A DNA stretch of 64,000 nt from Squalus acanthias. Lineage: Eukaryota. The translations under genes and the position numbers were made by a program. Location: assembly GCA_030390025.1 (NCBI GenBank), contig CM059432.1, forward strand, positions 11,036,001-11,100,000, written 5' to 3'. How positions within the stretch are numbered: position 1 is the stretch's first letter; every line of letters begins with the position of its first letter. This document shows, piece by piece, positions 11,673-22,918 of this stretch. A model generated the notes under the pieces. It saw only the letters and a list, made by a program, of their open reading frames with translations, was not told where the DNA came from and made no database searches.

Positions 11673-13048
11673 ATGTATTTTTTAGTGTAGTGTAGGATAG
11701 TATTGATAGATGTTTCCCTTATAGGTGACAGTTTGAATGTGAAGATTAAAGTTTTTATTCGAAGAATGAGAAAGATCACACTTGGATTAGATGAATTAAA
11801 ATTTCCCATGATGGTATTCATATTTGGCTGTAAAAGGGTCAGAGTTTAAATCTTCCTGGATGAGTTTACTACTGTGTTGCTGTACTAAGGCTATTTCCTA
11901 GAAGTCCTCCCAGAACATAATTTGCTGCTGAGGACAGTACTATAGCTGAAAGAACAAAATGAAGACAGTAATGCCGGAAAGGCACTGAGTGAAAATGGTC
12001 ACTCACATATGTCTAGGATTATGGCAGAATAAATACGACAAAGTATACTTTGTAAAGTTCCTTTGTGTAATACTAGATAAATTACGTACTTTGATAGATT
12101 GACACACTAGACCTGCCATCTTGGAGATCGTCCATTTGGACAAGGTCATAATTTAGATTGGTTCTAACAATGTTTCTTACAGCAAATCATTTGCAGTAAA
12201 CATAGATTACATGTTGTATTGATTTAGTGTTGGAGCAAGACTAATGTCAGTCTGTTGGGGTCCTGTGGAAGGTTAAACTAACTAAAGTTATTTCACACCT
12301 GAGCATACATGAGTGTACAAATGCTACATAATTATCTCCTCACTGTCAGATTTGATGTGTAGTGCAATGAATCTGTATATTGCTTTGCTAATTCATTACA
12401 AATTCAGGGACAACTCTGTTCTAGTTACTTCTCATCTGTCTTATTTATAACCAGATCTCCTTTGAAGGGAGCAGATATTTTGAACATGTCCAGACTTGTA
12501 AGTGCAGTGCTAAGAGGGTGCTACATTATCAGAGGTCCCGTCTTTGAAATGAGAAATGATACAAAGGCCCGATCTGTTATTCCCTGGTTGTAAAAGGTCC
12601 CAGAGCACTATTTGAAGGAGAGGAGGATGTTCTCCCAATGAGATTTCCAGCATCTACAGTATTTTGCTTGTGTTCCCTCGACTAGCGCCACCAAAAATGG
12701 ATTGCCTGGTTTTCATCTGATTTTTGTGGGACCTTGCTATGTGCAAAGTAGCTGCTGCATTTTGCTTACATAACAACAGAGAGACTTCGAGCACTGATTA
12801 TGGATCAACCACTTCTGATTTGTTGCGGTGACTAAGCCACTCCAACTTCACCAAAGGTTCCTCCTAAAATAGTACCTACGGTTTTCTACTTCTGGGATCT
12901 AGGTTTGAATCGTATGCAGTGAAAGTCTGTACTGGCTGGTAAGGATCCCATATTAAGTCAGTTTGAGTAGCCTCAACCAGCTATTAATAGCATAGGCGCA
13001 GCACAAAACTGCTGACATTTCAGCACAAAAATACCAAAGTTACTCAAT

Positions 13049-13864
13049 GGGTAGAATTTTCATTGACCCGTGGAGGCGTGTGGGGTGGGAAAATAGCAGA
13101 TTCGGGGGTCCCGAACCCATCCCACCCCCAACCCGCCTCCATGCCAGTTTCACAGGAGGCGGATACCCAACCTGTGCTGGGACCCGCCTCCCCGAGGTGG
13201 GAAGGGGATTAGTGCCAATAAACTGCCTGTTAACAGGCAGTTTTTTGCCTAATTCTATTTTTAGCCCTGAACTGTGAGCTTCCCGACAGGTCCGAACCAC
13301 GCCGATTTAACAAGGCGGACCGTCAGTCTGGAGGGCTTGGAGGGGTCGAGATGTCCGGTGTGCAGGTGAGTGATGGGTGCATGAGTGCAGAGGTAAGTGT
13401 GTTTGGTGTGTGTAAAGTGTTTTAAGAACTTGTACTTACCTTAACTCTGTCCTGCAGGCTTCCTTCAGTTCTCGGGAGTCTCTCACATCCACGGCACAGA
13501 AAGCAGAATGGCCGCGGAGCTGTCAAAAGCTGCAGTCTCTGCTTTCTGTGCTGGATTGATTTCTAACGGAGTCTAAGTACAGGGACTCACATTAGAAATC
13601 ATATTGTCAGTGTTTGACAGCTTCACAGAGCTGTCAAACGCTGAAATTTCATCTGTCAAAAGCTCTTGACAGATGAAATTTTAATGGCTGACGTCCCCTG
13701 TATCCAAGGGACCCTTGATTGGCCTGCTAAGCCCGCTGGGCGGGCTTAACAAGGTCAATCAAGGGAAAATACAGTGGGTTGGCCACAAGTCGATGGAGGC
13801 GGGACTACAACCCAAAAATTGGGAATCCCGTCTCCATCATGTCCCCATTGATAAAATCCAGCCC
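13049..13864. mobile_element. MITE, Harbinger-like
   Basis: Imperfect TIRs gggtagaatttt / aaaatccagccc, 3-bp TSD AAT on both sides, GC-rich subtermini. Confidence 0.75.
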
Positions 13865-14081
13865 AATGACTATAAACTGGGCTGGTGTGGGAATGGGAAA
13901 CAAATTCTGCTGTTACAGGTAATGGAGGTTGTAATTACTATCGCATTTTCCTACATTCTCTCAAATTGGCTCCTGAAATCTTTCTTGCCCTTTGTCCAGC
14001 CTAGACAGTTAGACGTGTAAGATAACTTCTTATTTTGGTTTTGATCCACCTGAATGTAACTTTTCTCTCTCTTTCTTTCAG

Positions 14082-14203
14082 ACAATTACAGTAACCTGCC
14101 ACTCCACTCTAAGAGAGTACCTTCACTGTAAAATGGATTCAGCACTGCTTTGTATAATTTGCTTCTTTTGTGGAGATGAGGTGGCACGACAGCAGCTACG
14201 AAG
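14082..14203 (+). CDS. CEP192: CEP192 coding exon 6 in window (GC donor)
   Basis: Long polypyrimidine tract then cag|ACA. Reads TITVTCHSTLREYLHCKMDSALLCIICFFCGDEVARQQLR. Ends AG|gcatgt, which keeps frame with the next exon. Confidence 0.88.
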
Positions 14204-15182
14204 GCATGTGACATGCTTATAATTTTTGCTGTAGAAATTTAAGCGCCTCCAATATACTTGTGCATATATAAAATGTTGCAATTACTTCTTTACATTTTTT
14301 AGGCAGAAAAATTTAATTTGCAGTCTCATTCTGACATGCTAGTGACTAGTTTTAAAAAGCCTGTGACAGTAGTTGAATTAGTATATTTGTTATTAACACA
14401 TCTGGGCTACAGAGGGGAAAGATCACCGAGGGTTCTTGCGACTCGAGTGTCCACTGACCCCTGCTGCAGAGTGATGTGCGGACACCATGAAAGGATAGCT
14501 TCAGAGTCGGCTATGATGCCTTCCATGGTTGAATAGTCGCACACTCATGGTTTAGGATCACATATCAAGAATGGCCACTTTGTGAGAAACAAAGGGCTGC
14601 TTGCAGCAGTAGAATGTGTAGCCCTGCATGGGTCAGTGCCTTCCGGGGTGGGGGTGAGTAAGAGAGAGAGAAATAGTTGAGAATGGGGACACAGTGCGTT
14701 TACCGACAGCACCTATGTACTGTAATGCTTAACAAATTTTGGCAGTCTCAGTTCAGTTCCACAGTAAACAACTATCCCCAATTTACTATTGGATTTTGTT
14801 CAGGCTTGATGATATGAGAAAAGAAAATGTTTGCACTGTTTCAGTGAAAGGTTCGTCTTCTGATTTTGAGGTTGGGGCATGTTGAAGCAGAGGGAACTTC
14901 ATTTAATAGCTAGCTTTCTTGAGAGTCATTGATGCTGATCCTGAAAGCCTAAAATGAGAGTGTTTCATTCATTAGCATTCCTCGCTTTGATGAGCATAAA
15001 AATTCACTATTTAAAAAAAAAATAGCAATTTTAAGCTTAAAATGCAAATGCATTAAATCAGAGAAGCAGTCCTTTAAACATGGCTAGTTGAGTATTGTAG
15101 CTTCCATTATCAAACTACACTAACTTTCTTTGTCTTCTCATTTTTATTCTTCCCTCCCTCCCCCCACAATCATTTACCACAG

Positions 15183-15292
15183 AGCACTTACCCGGAATCG
15201 TCGTGGACTGCAACAGATGGTTTGTGGAAACAGTCCACTTCAAAAGATTAATTTCACTCTAAAGTTTCCTGGCGAAGAATTGGTGTCAGAAG
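15183..15292 (+). CDS. CEP192: CEP192 coding exon 7 in window
   Basis: cacag|A acceptor, G|gtattg donor. Reads ALTRNRRGLQQMVCGNSPLQKINFTLKFPGEELVSE. Confidence 0.9.
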
Positions 15293-15655
15293 GTATTGAT
15301 TGCTTGTTTTCTTTCACTCGTATTTAACTTGCAGATTAATTTTTCATGGATTCTATAATTTTAATATAGGTGTTGTGGAGTTCTTAATATACTGAGGATT
15401 CTCAATTTCTACCTGTTTTAATGTTCAAGCTTCATTGGGACAATTTGATCAGCCATCTTGTATGCTGAAGTGAAAATTGGTATTTTTTAAAAATGTATGT
15501 GATTTTTATCTTTAAATCTTTTTGTTTTGAATTTGTCGTAAAGTGGGAAAACAGGTATGCATTTTACCAGCACGCTTCATTTTTTAATAAAATGCAAATA
15601 CAATCTTGTGAATTTGTGATATATTTGAGCTAACTTCTAGTTCTCAGGTAAAGGG

Positions 15656-17147
15656 TGTTAATTGTATTCAGGTGGTGTATATCAATTGGGTGTTAATTGT
15701 ATTCAGGTGGTGGGTATTAATTGGGAAAACTCTGGTGTTCATGTATATGGGAGCAGGCTCAGGAAGAGGAAGCTTATCTTGGGGATGCACGGTATGTAAT
15801 ATGTGTCCCTGTAAATAAAGGCGTGTAAGCGACTGAAGTTTATGCTCTAGTATTCTTTCCTTCACCACCTGGCTATCTGACTTTTACATGGTAGCAGAGA
15901 ATGGTTGCCTTAACGTGGAGGTTGGAAACTACCAAATCTTTTTTGGGACATAAAACTTGAAAGCCTAGTGCCCATTGTGAAAAATTGCAGAAAGCAAGTT
16001 TAAATGGTCTAGGTGCGATTACCCTCTGATGTTTTCAGAGTTTGAACCATTTGACCAGTGGAAGAATGAGCTTGATAGATGTACACGGGTTGCTACTCTA
16101 CCAAAGAGAAAGCTAGAGACAGAACATTTGCGAAGCGTGATTGGTCAGTTGAACTGGTTGGGCACTCAGAGATAAAACCAGATGCTAGTTTTGATGTGTT
16201 GGAGTTAAGTACTTCAATGAAACACCCCATAGTAGAGAATGTTTTAAGGGCAAATAAAACATTACAAAAATTAAATCTGGATAAATGCATACTTGAGTTC
16301 CCATCCTTGGGTGACCCAAAGAACATGAAGCTAATTATCTTTAGCAATGCTTCACATGCTAATCTTCCTGATGGGTATTCTAGTGCAGCTGGTTTCATAG
16401 TGCTTCTTATGGGTGAGAATGGGAAATGTCCTTCAGCTTAAAGCTAAGAAAATAAAAAGGGTTGTTAAAATAACTCTGGCTGCTGAAACACTGGCTCTTG
16501 TGCAGGCACTGGATATGGGGTTCTATTTGACAAATACCTTGAGTGACATCCTGTACAATGGGAGTACTGATATAGTATACCCATTGTCTACATAAAATTC
16601 AATCATTCATTGTGGGATAATGTACACTCTACGAAAAATGTGAGTGAGAAAAGATTACGGATTGACCTTGCTGACTTGAAACATGCTGGAGAGAAAGGTA
16701 ATCTCTAAAATGGGTGAATTCAAGCCATCAACTGTCAGATTGTTTTACTAAAAAAAAATGCATGTACGAAGAATTTATACGGGGTTCTGGAGAAGGGTCG
16801 TCTCTCAATGTAATACTTTGTATAGCATATGGAAGTGTGTGTGTGTGTGTGTGTGGATATATAAAAATTAAGTTTTTATTTTATTTAAAGAGAGAAGGGA
16901 CTCTTAATTGTATTCAGGTAGTGCACATCAATTGGTGTATATCAATTGGATGTTAATTGTATTCAGGTGGTGGGTATTAATTGAGAACGCTCGTGTTCAT
17001 GGATATGGGAGTATGCTCAGGAAGAGGAGGCTTATCCTGGGGAGTGCTCGGTATGTAATGTGTGTCTCTGTAAATAAAGGCTTGTAAGCGACTGAAGACT
17101 GGGCTCCAGTATTCTATCTTTCACCACATGGCTATCCGACTTTTACA
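15656..17147 (+). mobile_element. Internally deleted Ty1/Copia LTR retrotransposon (GalEa-like)
   Basis: LTRs 15656-15888 and 16902-17147, 5-bp TSD AAGGG, PBS tggtagcagagaatggtt (tRNA-iMet), PPT aaagagagaaggga. Degenerate RT-end/RNase H motifs LRSVIGQLNWL, FSNASHAN, KKIKRVVKITLAAE, HQLSDCFTK. Confidence 0.9.
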
Positions 17148-17984
17148 AAGGGTTCTATGTAAATTAGTATCATTAGTTGTGACTATTTATGCACCACAGA
17201 CATTGGGTCAGGTAAGTAATGGAACCAGAAAAGCCAAAGGGACCCCTGTTGCATGTTGTTTAACCAAAACCTTTGAGACCACACTCAGGACTTCAGGTGC
17301 AATACATCTATTATTATTTCTGAAGCCCAACCATCCCTTGGCATGTGTGTCTGTTGCAGGATTTCAAAACCCTGGTAGGAGGCAATGTTGTCTAGTTCAC
17401 AGGTTTGTCACTGACCTTTTTATTAAGTGACATAAAAGAGTACAGCCAGGGACAGCTATAACTGGGAAAGATGCTCTTGGAACATTAGCCCTGGTGGTTG
17501 CTGGAATCACACAAAAATTGAGACATATTAACCATTTCAGTACTGGAAATACATTAGCACTTGACACCAATTGTCCAATTCTCTCCTTATCTATCTGCAG
17601 TGATTTATGTGGTGAGTAACCTGCTGTGTGACTGAAATTTTCTTCACTAAATACATTAGGATACTGTGGGAGACCTTCCTTGAAGTCAAAGCTCTCTAGA
17701 AGCTGTCTGGCTAAAGATGGATTTTTCTGCTGTCCTACTTATCCATTGGTTACAGTGGTTATGGTACAAAACTAGCAACTCAAAAATCATGAGTTTAGAT
17801 CCCACCATGGAAAGGTGGAACTGAATTCAGAAAATCTTATTTGCTACAAATCTTTTTTGAACTTTGAGAAGGGAAAAGAAGCAAGGCAACAAGTTTCACA
17901 GTTTAGAAATGTAATCTCCTGTGAAAGAACTTTGTGTGCTTGTGTTACAAACCCGAGTATCCATCCTGCTTCAGATCATAGTCA

Positions 17985-18462
17985 AGGCCTTGAAGAGGGT
18001 GCAGAAGAGACTTACTAGAATGGTAACCAGGGATGAGGGACTTCAGTTATGTGGAGAGACTGGAGAAGCTGGGGTTGTTATCCTTCGAGCAGAGAAGGTT
18101 AAGAGGAGATTTGATCGACATGTTCAGAGTAAATAAGGAGAAACTGTTTCCAGTGGTAGAAGGATCGGTTACCAGAGAACACAGACTTAAGGTGATTGGC
18201 AAAAGAACCTGAGGCAACATGAGGATGACTTTTTTTTAACGCAGCGAGTTGTCGTGATCTAGGCTGCGCTGCCTGAAAGGGTGGTGGAAGCAGATTCAAT
18301 AACTTTCAAAAGGGAATTGGATAAATACTTGAAGGGAAAAGAAACTACAAGGCTATGGGGAAAGAACAGGGCAGTGGGATTAATTGGATAGCTCTACCAA
18401 AGAGCCAGCACAAGTACAATGGGTCGAATGGCCTCCTGTGCTGAATCGTTCTATGATTCTAT
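17985..18462 (+). mobile_element. CR1 LINE 3' fragment
   Basis: ggccttgaagagggtgcagaagagacttactagaatg... through a 3' UTR ending in ttctatgattctat. Confidence 0.85.
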
Positions 18463-19082
18463 CACCAGACAGATTAAATACTAATTTACCTTACTTGCTG
18501 TTCATGGGACTGTGTTGTGTGCAAATTGGCTGCTGCATTTTGCCTATGTAACCATATGACTACACTGCAAAATAAATAATTGGCTGTGAAGCATGTTGAG
18601 GCATCCTGAGTTCGCAAAAGGTGCTATATAAATGCAAGTTTTTCCTTTTCTTCTTCCTTGCCCTCTTTCTATGTTGACATACCTAGAAGAACTAAAGCTG
18701 CTCTATTAGTATCTCAGTTGACTGAGCCAGCAAGAAACTGAGCTATGCAGACCAAGATGATTCAGACTTCATTCACAGTCTGTTAGCTGATGTCAGCCGG
18801 GGCAGTGGTAGGGACACTACAGGTGGCCTCAGTTAAGCAGTGGGTAATGCATCAAGGTGCCCACTCCTGATCACACTTTCAGTAAGGGATGGTTGTGCAG
18901 ACTTTGATTGAAGGGTATATTTGTGTCTGATTCTTCTGGTTTCACTACTTAACACTAAAGCATAAACTCAGTTGAATGATCTAACTTTCAAAATAGTTAA
19001 AATATAATCGAATAAAATAACTTCACAAAATCTGTCTTTGAATGGAAATGCTGAAGTTGCTGTTTGATTTTCCTCTGTATAG

Positions 19083-19245
19083 TCTATGACATACCAAAGA
19101 GACCAAATGACATCCGGATTTTCTATGGAAATATGAATAAGGTGATGCTTTCTGTCACTGGAAGTTCTGCATTGACTGAGACTACTGATAGAGAAAGTTT
19201 GGATTCATTTTCATCTTCTCATGGGATGAGTGTTGGTTCAGAAAG
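19083..19245 (+). CDS. CEP192: CEP192 coding exon 8 in window
   Basis: tatag|TC acceptor, AG|gtattt donor. Reads VYDIPKRPNDIRIFYGNMNKVMLSVTG... Confidence 0.92.
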
Positions 19246-19500
19246 GTATTTGCACATTCAGAAGCATTTTTTACTCTACTTAAATTTAGATGTATGTATT
19301 TTATTCATGATATTAAAAAATTGGAATTGTTCAGAATTTTAAATTAAAAGGGATAAATAGTAACCTTGCTTATTTTGAAGTTGTTGAATTTAATTAAAAT
19401 GTTTATCTGGGAAGTAAATTGAATTAAAAAAAAAAAATTGATGGTGTGTTTAATAAAGACATTAGGAAAATGGCATTGATCTGATACAATTTTGTTGCAG

Positions 19501-19679
19501 TGTACTCGGAAGTTCAGAAAGAAATCCATCTAATGCATCATTGGATGTTCTTCCAGTGAGAGGACCACAAGGCTCTCCATTATTTTTGCATGTTTCTAAT
19601 CAAGTGCCGAACCAGTCACCCAAACCAAAGTCATGGACGGTGCGGCCTGAATATTTAATTCTTACTGTACCATCAACTG
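19501..19679 (+). CDS. CEP192: CEP192 coding exon 9 in window
   Basis: ttgcag|T acceptor, G|gtgagt donor. Reads ...NASLDVLPVRGPQGSPL...KSWTVRPEYLILTVPST. Confidence 0.93.
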
Positions 19680-20124
19680 GTGAGTAATGTTGCAATGCAA
19701 TTGTGTTGAGGTTGGGAATGAGAGGAATTAGTTCTAATGGGGCACTCCAATCCTCCTGATTAGTTAACCGTAGAAAGGCAACACAAAACAACTTGTGTTT
19801 ATCCCATCACCCTGGAGATAATGGGTCACTATTGCACGCATTATAAGCTGTATAGAAAGTAGCTTCTTTTAATACAGCCTTGAATTTTAACTCATTCTTT
19901 CCAAGACATTGAAACTCGGACTCTTAACCTCTGTTTTCTCCATCATCCTTCAATCTGTAGACCTTTAAACCCCAAACATGTAATTAAATATTTCCCTCAT
20001 CATTTTTCTCTCTTTTTCAACCTTAGTCATCCTGCCATGTGGGCCTTGGCAGTTCATTTATTTTTCCCAGTGGTAACATAAACAAAATATTCTTTCCTCT
20101 CCCAGGAACAATGCTAAAATAAGA

Positions 20125-20777
20125 ACAAAATACTGCATATGCTAGAAATCTGAAATAAAAACAAAATTCTGGCAATACTTAACAGGTCAGGTAGCATGTG
20201 TGGAGAGAGAAGCAGAGAGTTAATGTTTCAGGTCGATGAACCTTCATCAGAATTGGGAAACATTAGAGATGTAACAGCAAGTACAGAGGCAGGGAAAGAT
20301 CTCTGCCACCTACACTGTTCCAATGAAGCTCAACAGAAGCTTGAACAGCACTTCATCTTTCAATTACGCACTTAACAACCTTCTGGACTCAACATTGAGT
20401 TCAAAAATTTCAGATCATAACCACTGCTCCCATTTTTTCTGACAGCAAGTGCTGGTAATGATGCTGCTGTTGCCATTTACAGCTCCTCTAGACCCATCTT
20501 TTTGTTTCTTTACTTGTCCCATTACCAGCCCCTTTTGCCTTGCACCAACATCCCTTTTGTCATTTAAACACTCCTGCCTTCCACCCTATCACAGACCTTC
20601 CTTTTTGTTCTCCTCTCTCCCCCCCACCCCCGCAAAAAATCTGCCTCTGTATTTGCTTAAAAACTGTTAAGTCTCTTAACATTTTCGAGTTCTGATAAAA
20701 GGTCACTGACCTGAAACGTTAACTCTGTTTCTCTCTCCACAGATGCTGAATGTTTCTAGCATTTTCTGTTTTTAATA
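20125..20777. mobile_element. Penelope-like element with inverted terminal repeat
   Basis: Minus-oriented terminus (~20125-20298) joined to a + GIY-YIG C-terminal remnant and + terminus. 11-bp TSD CTAAAATAAGA (20114-20124, 20778-20788). Confidence 0.8.
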
Positions 20778-21904
20778 CTAAAATAAGATTGCATATCCAA
20801 ATTCAAAGCTAGTCCTATCAAAGCAATTGTGTCTCTCATCTAAATTAGAGAAAATTAATAGTTGCTGCTCGCTTTTTGTTTAAGGGTATAGAAATTTTCT
20901 AGAAGATCTGAAGGAGCAGTAAACATGCATTCAAATTTCCAACATTTCAGTAAACTATTAGGCAGTTTACTCTCTATCACATTGTACATCATTGGCTGTA
21001 AAGCGCTTTGGGACGTCCTGAGGTCGTGAAAGGTGTTTCATAAATGCAAGTCTTTCTTCTTTCAAATTCTTAGTTAAAAGCAAGTCACATTCCAGTTATT
21101 TTAGGTTAGAAAAAAAGCTTGTATGTTCCATCATTAAGCTGAGGTGGATTTGTGCACTTTTCAAAATTCTCTTTTGCATCCAATGCATTTATGGTATTTA
21201 CTTCAGTGTATCGCCCCGTCACCACTCTAGCCAAGATCAGCTATCTTGGAATGACCAGCTGTCAACTGGGAGCTTCCAGTTGTGGTCTGCTTTCAGACTG
21301 GATCGCTGTCTTCTCACTTCCATCAAAGCATAGCGAGAGATTTTGCATAATAAAGCCCAGTATTATGCATCTCGAGCCTAATTGTGGCACCCATATTTGT
21401 ATGGCCATATGCAGAATTGTAGATCAGCCCCATAGCCAAATCTTCTCGTACATTTGGTCCACTGTCCATTCTGAATTCTTGAGAAGTTGCTATACATCAA
21501 GGATTGTTCAACCTACAATCTTGACTCCTCCAAAATACCAATGGTCTGATAAGTTTGTGGTTGTAATTTATATTGCTGTTGCTAACTGAAGAGTGGTTTG
21601 GTGTAGTCAGGGAGTCGGAAATTCTGACATAATGCTGCACAATGAGAAAGTGGTATCCTTTCCTATAGATTTGCGTAGCCACAGTGTGACTCTTCTTGGG
21701 AAATCCCGTCACTTGGTAAACTGTATGTACTGATTGTCCATGGGAGCTAATGTAGTTAAGGGCTGTGATAACCTTAACAGCCACAGACCAAGGTGGGTTG
21801 AAGGTCTACTTGTGAGTGGCTACCATGTGCTGGCAGTGAAGGCTTGAGAATTGGATACATACGGTCTCACTTTCTAATGCTCTAATTTGTTTCCCCATTT
21901 ATAG

Positions 21905-22028
21905 ATGGATCAGTACAGACCGGGCGGGTGCAGATTATAAACCACTCCACTCGGTCTTTGTCTTTTGAGCTGTCTTGGCCAGCGCACTCCTTAACAGTGA
22001 CACCCCAACATGGAGTTGTTGATCCAGA
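21905..22028 (+). CDS. CEP192: CEP192 coding exon 10 in window
   Basis: atag|AT acceptor, GA|gtatgt donor. Reads GSVQTGRVQIINHSTRSLSFELSWPAHSLTVTPQHGVVDP. Confidence 0.94.
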
Positions 22029-22186
22029 GTATGTATAAACGTACTTGTTTACAATTTAAATGCATCTTGGAGTGCAGGGGTTTTTACATTATTAATGATG
22101 TGTGAGTTATACCTGGTAGCATATGTCCTGTTTAACTTGATTAGCTTGAACTATGATATGAATATGTTGAAGGTCTTTCAGATAAT

Positions 22187-22918
22187 GGCCTGGATTTTGC
22201 AGTCAGCTGCGAATGAATGGAGCTCGCCATTCATTGCACTTACAGTTGCCCACAGACTTTTCATGGGCTTTTGAGTGGCAATTTACAGTTACTCGAGATC
22301 CTTTTCAGCATGATGCCCTCTACAGGGGATCTGGGACCTGTGAGCAGGGCAAGCGACAGCATGTCCCTTCAACCAATCAGATTGAAGAATCCTCACTGAG
22401 ACATGCAGAGTCCAAACCAGGAAGAATAAGTTAGAATATGTAATTCAATGTAAAATTGTGTACAGAAAGCAAAGTAAAGAGAGGGAAAGAAAGATGGGAT
22501 TGAGAGAGAGTGAAAGATTTTTTTTTAAACTCTTAACAATAATTAAATTCTGAACGAATGAGACTCCACACTTGTAAAATTAAATTTTCAGGGCCAGAAA
22601 GGTTGTTTGGCAGTAATTAAGAATTATCATGCCGTTAAAAGATCATATACACCTGAATGCACCAGCCCTAATTTTTTCTGGTGTATTTAGTGGGTAAGTT
22701 CCACAACGTCACGCCCTTCATGTGCTTTAACGCTGAATCTATCAGTGAGGTACCGGTGTAGCAAAGCTTGTGGAAGTGCAGAGCAGCTCAGACAGCAACT
22801 TCATGATTTCCGCATTCAAGTGCGCATGTGCAGACACTGGAATTTGCTGTCTGGTTTACACCATAATAATGGTGAGCGCTGATAGCCTCAATGCTATTCC
22901 TATCGCAAAATCCGGGCC
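22187..22918. mobile_element. MITE family A copy 2 (Harbinger-like)
   Basis: TIRs ggcctggattttgc / gcaaaatccgggcc with TSD AAT. Same internal sequence as 1303-2016. Confidence 0.85.

Noticed and set aside
12880..13040. Faint resemblance to LF-SINE-type ancient repeats (also ~14400-14650 and ~18740-18900)
   Set aside because: The similarity is too weak to support by eye and would need a Dfam HMM search.
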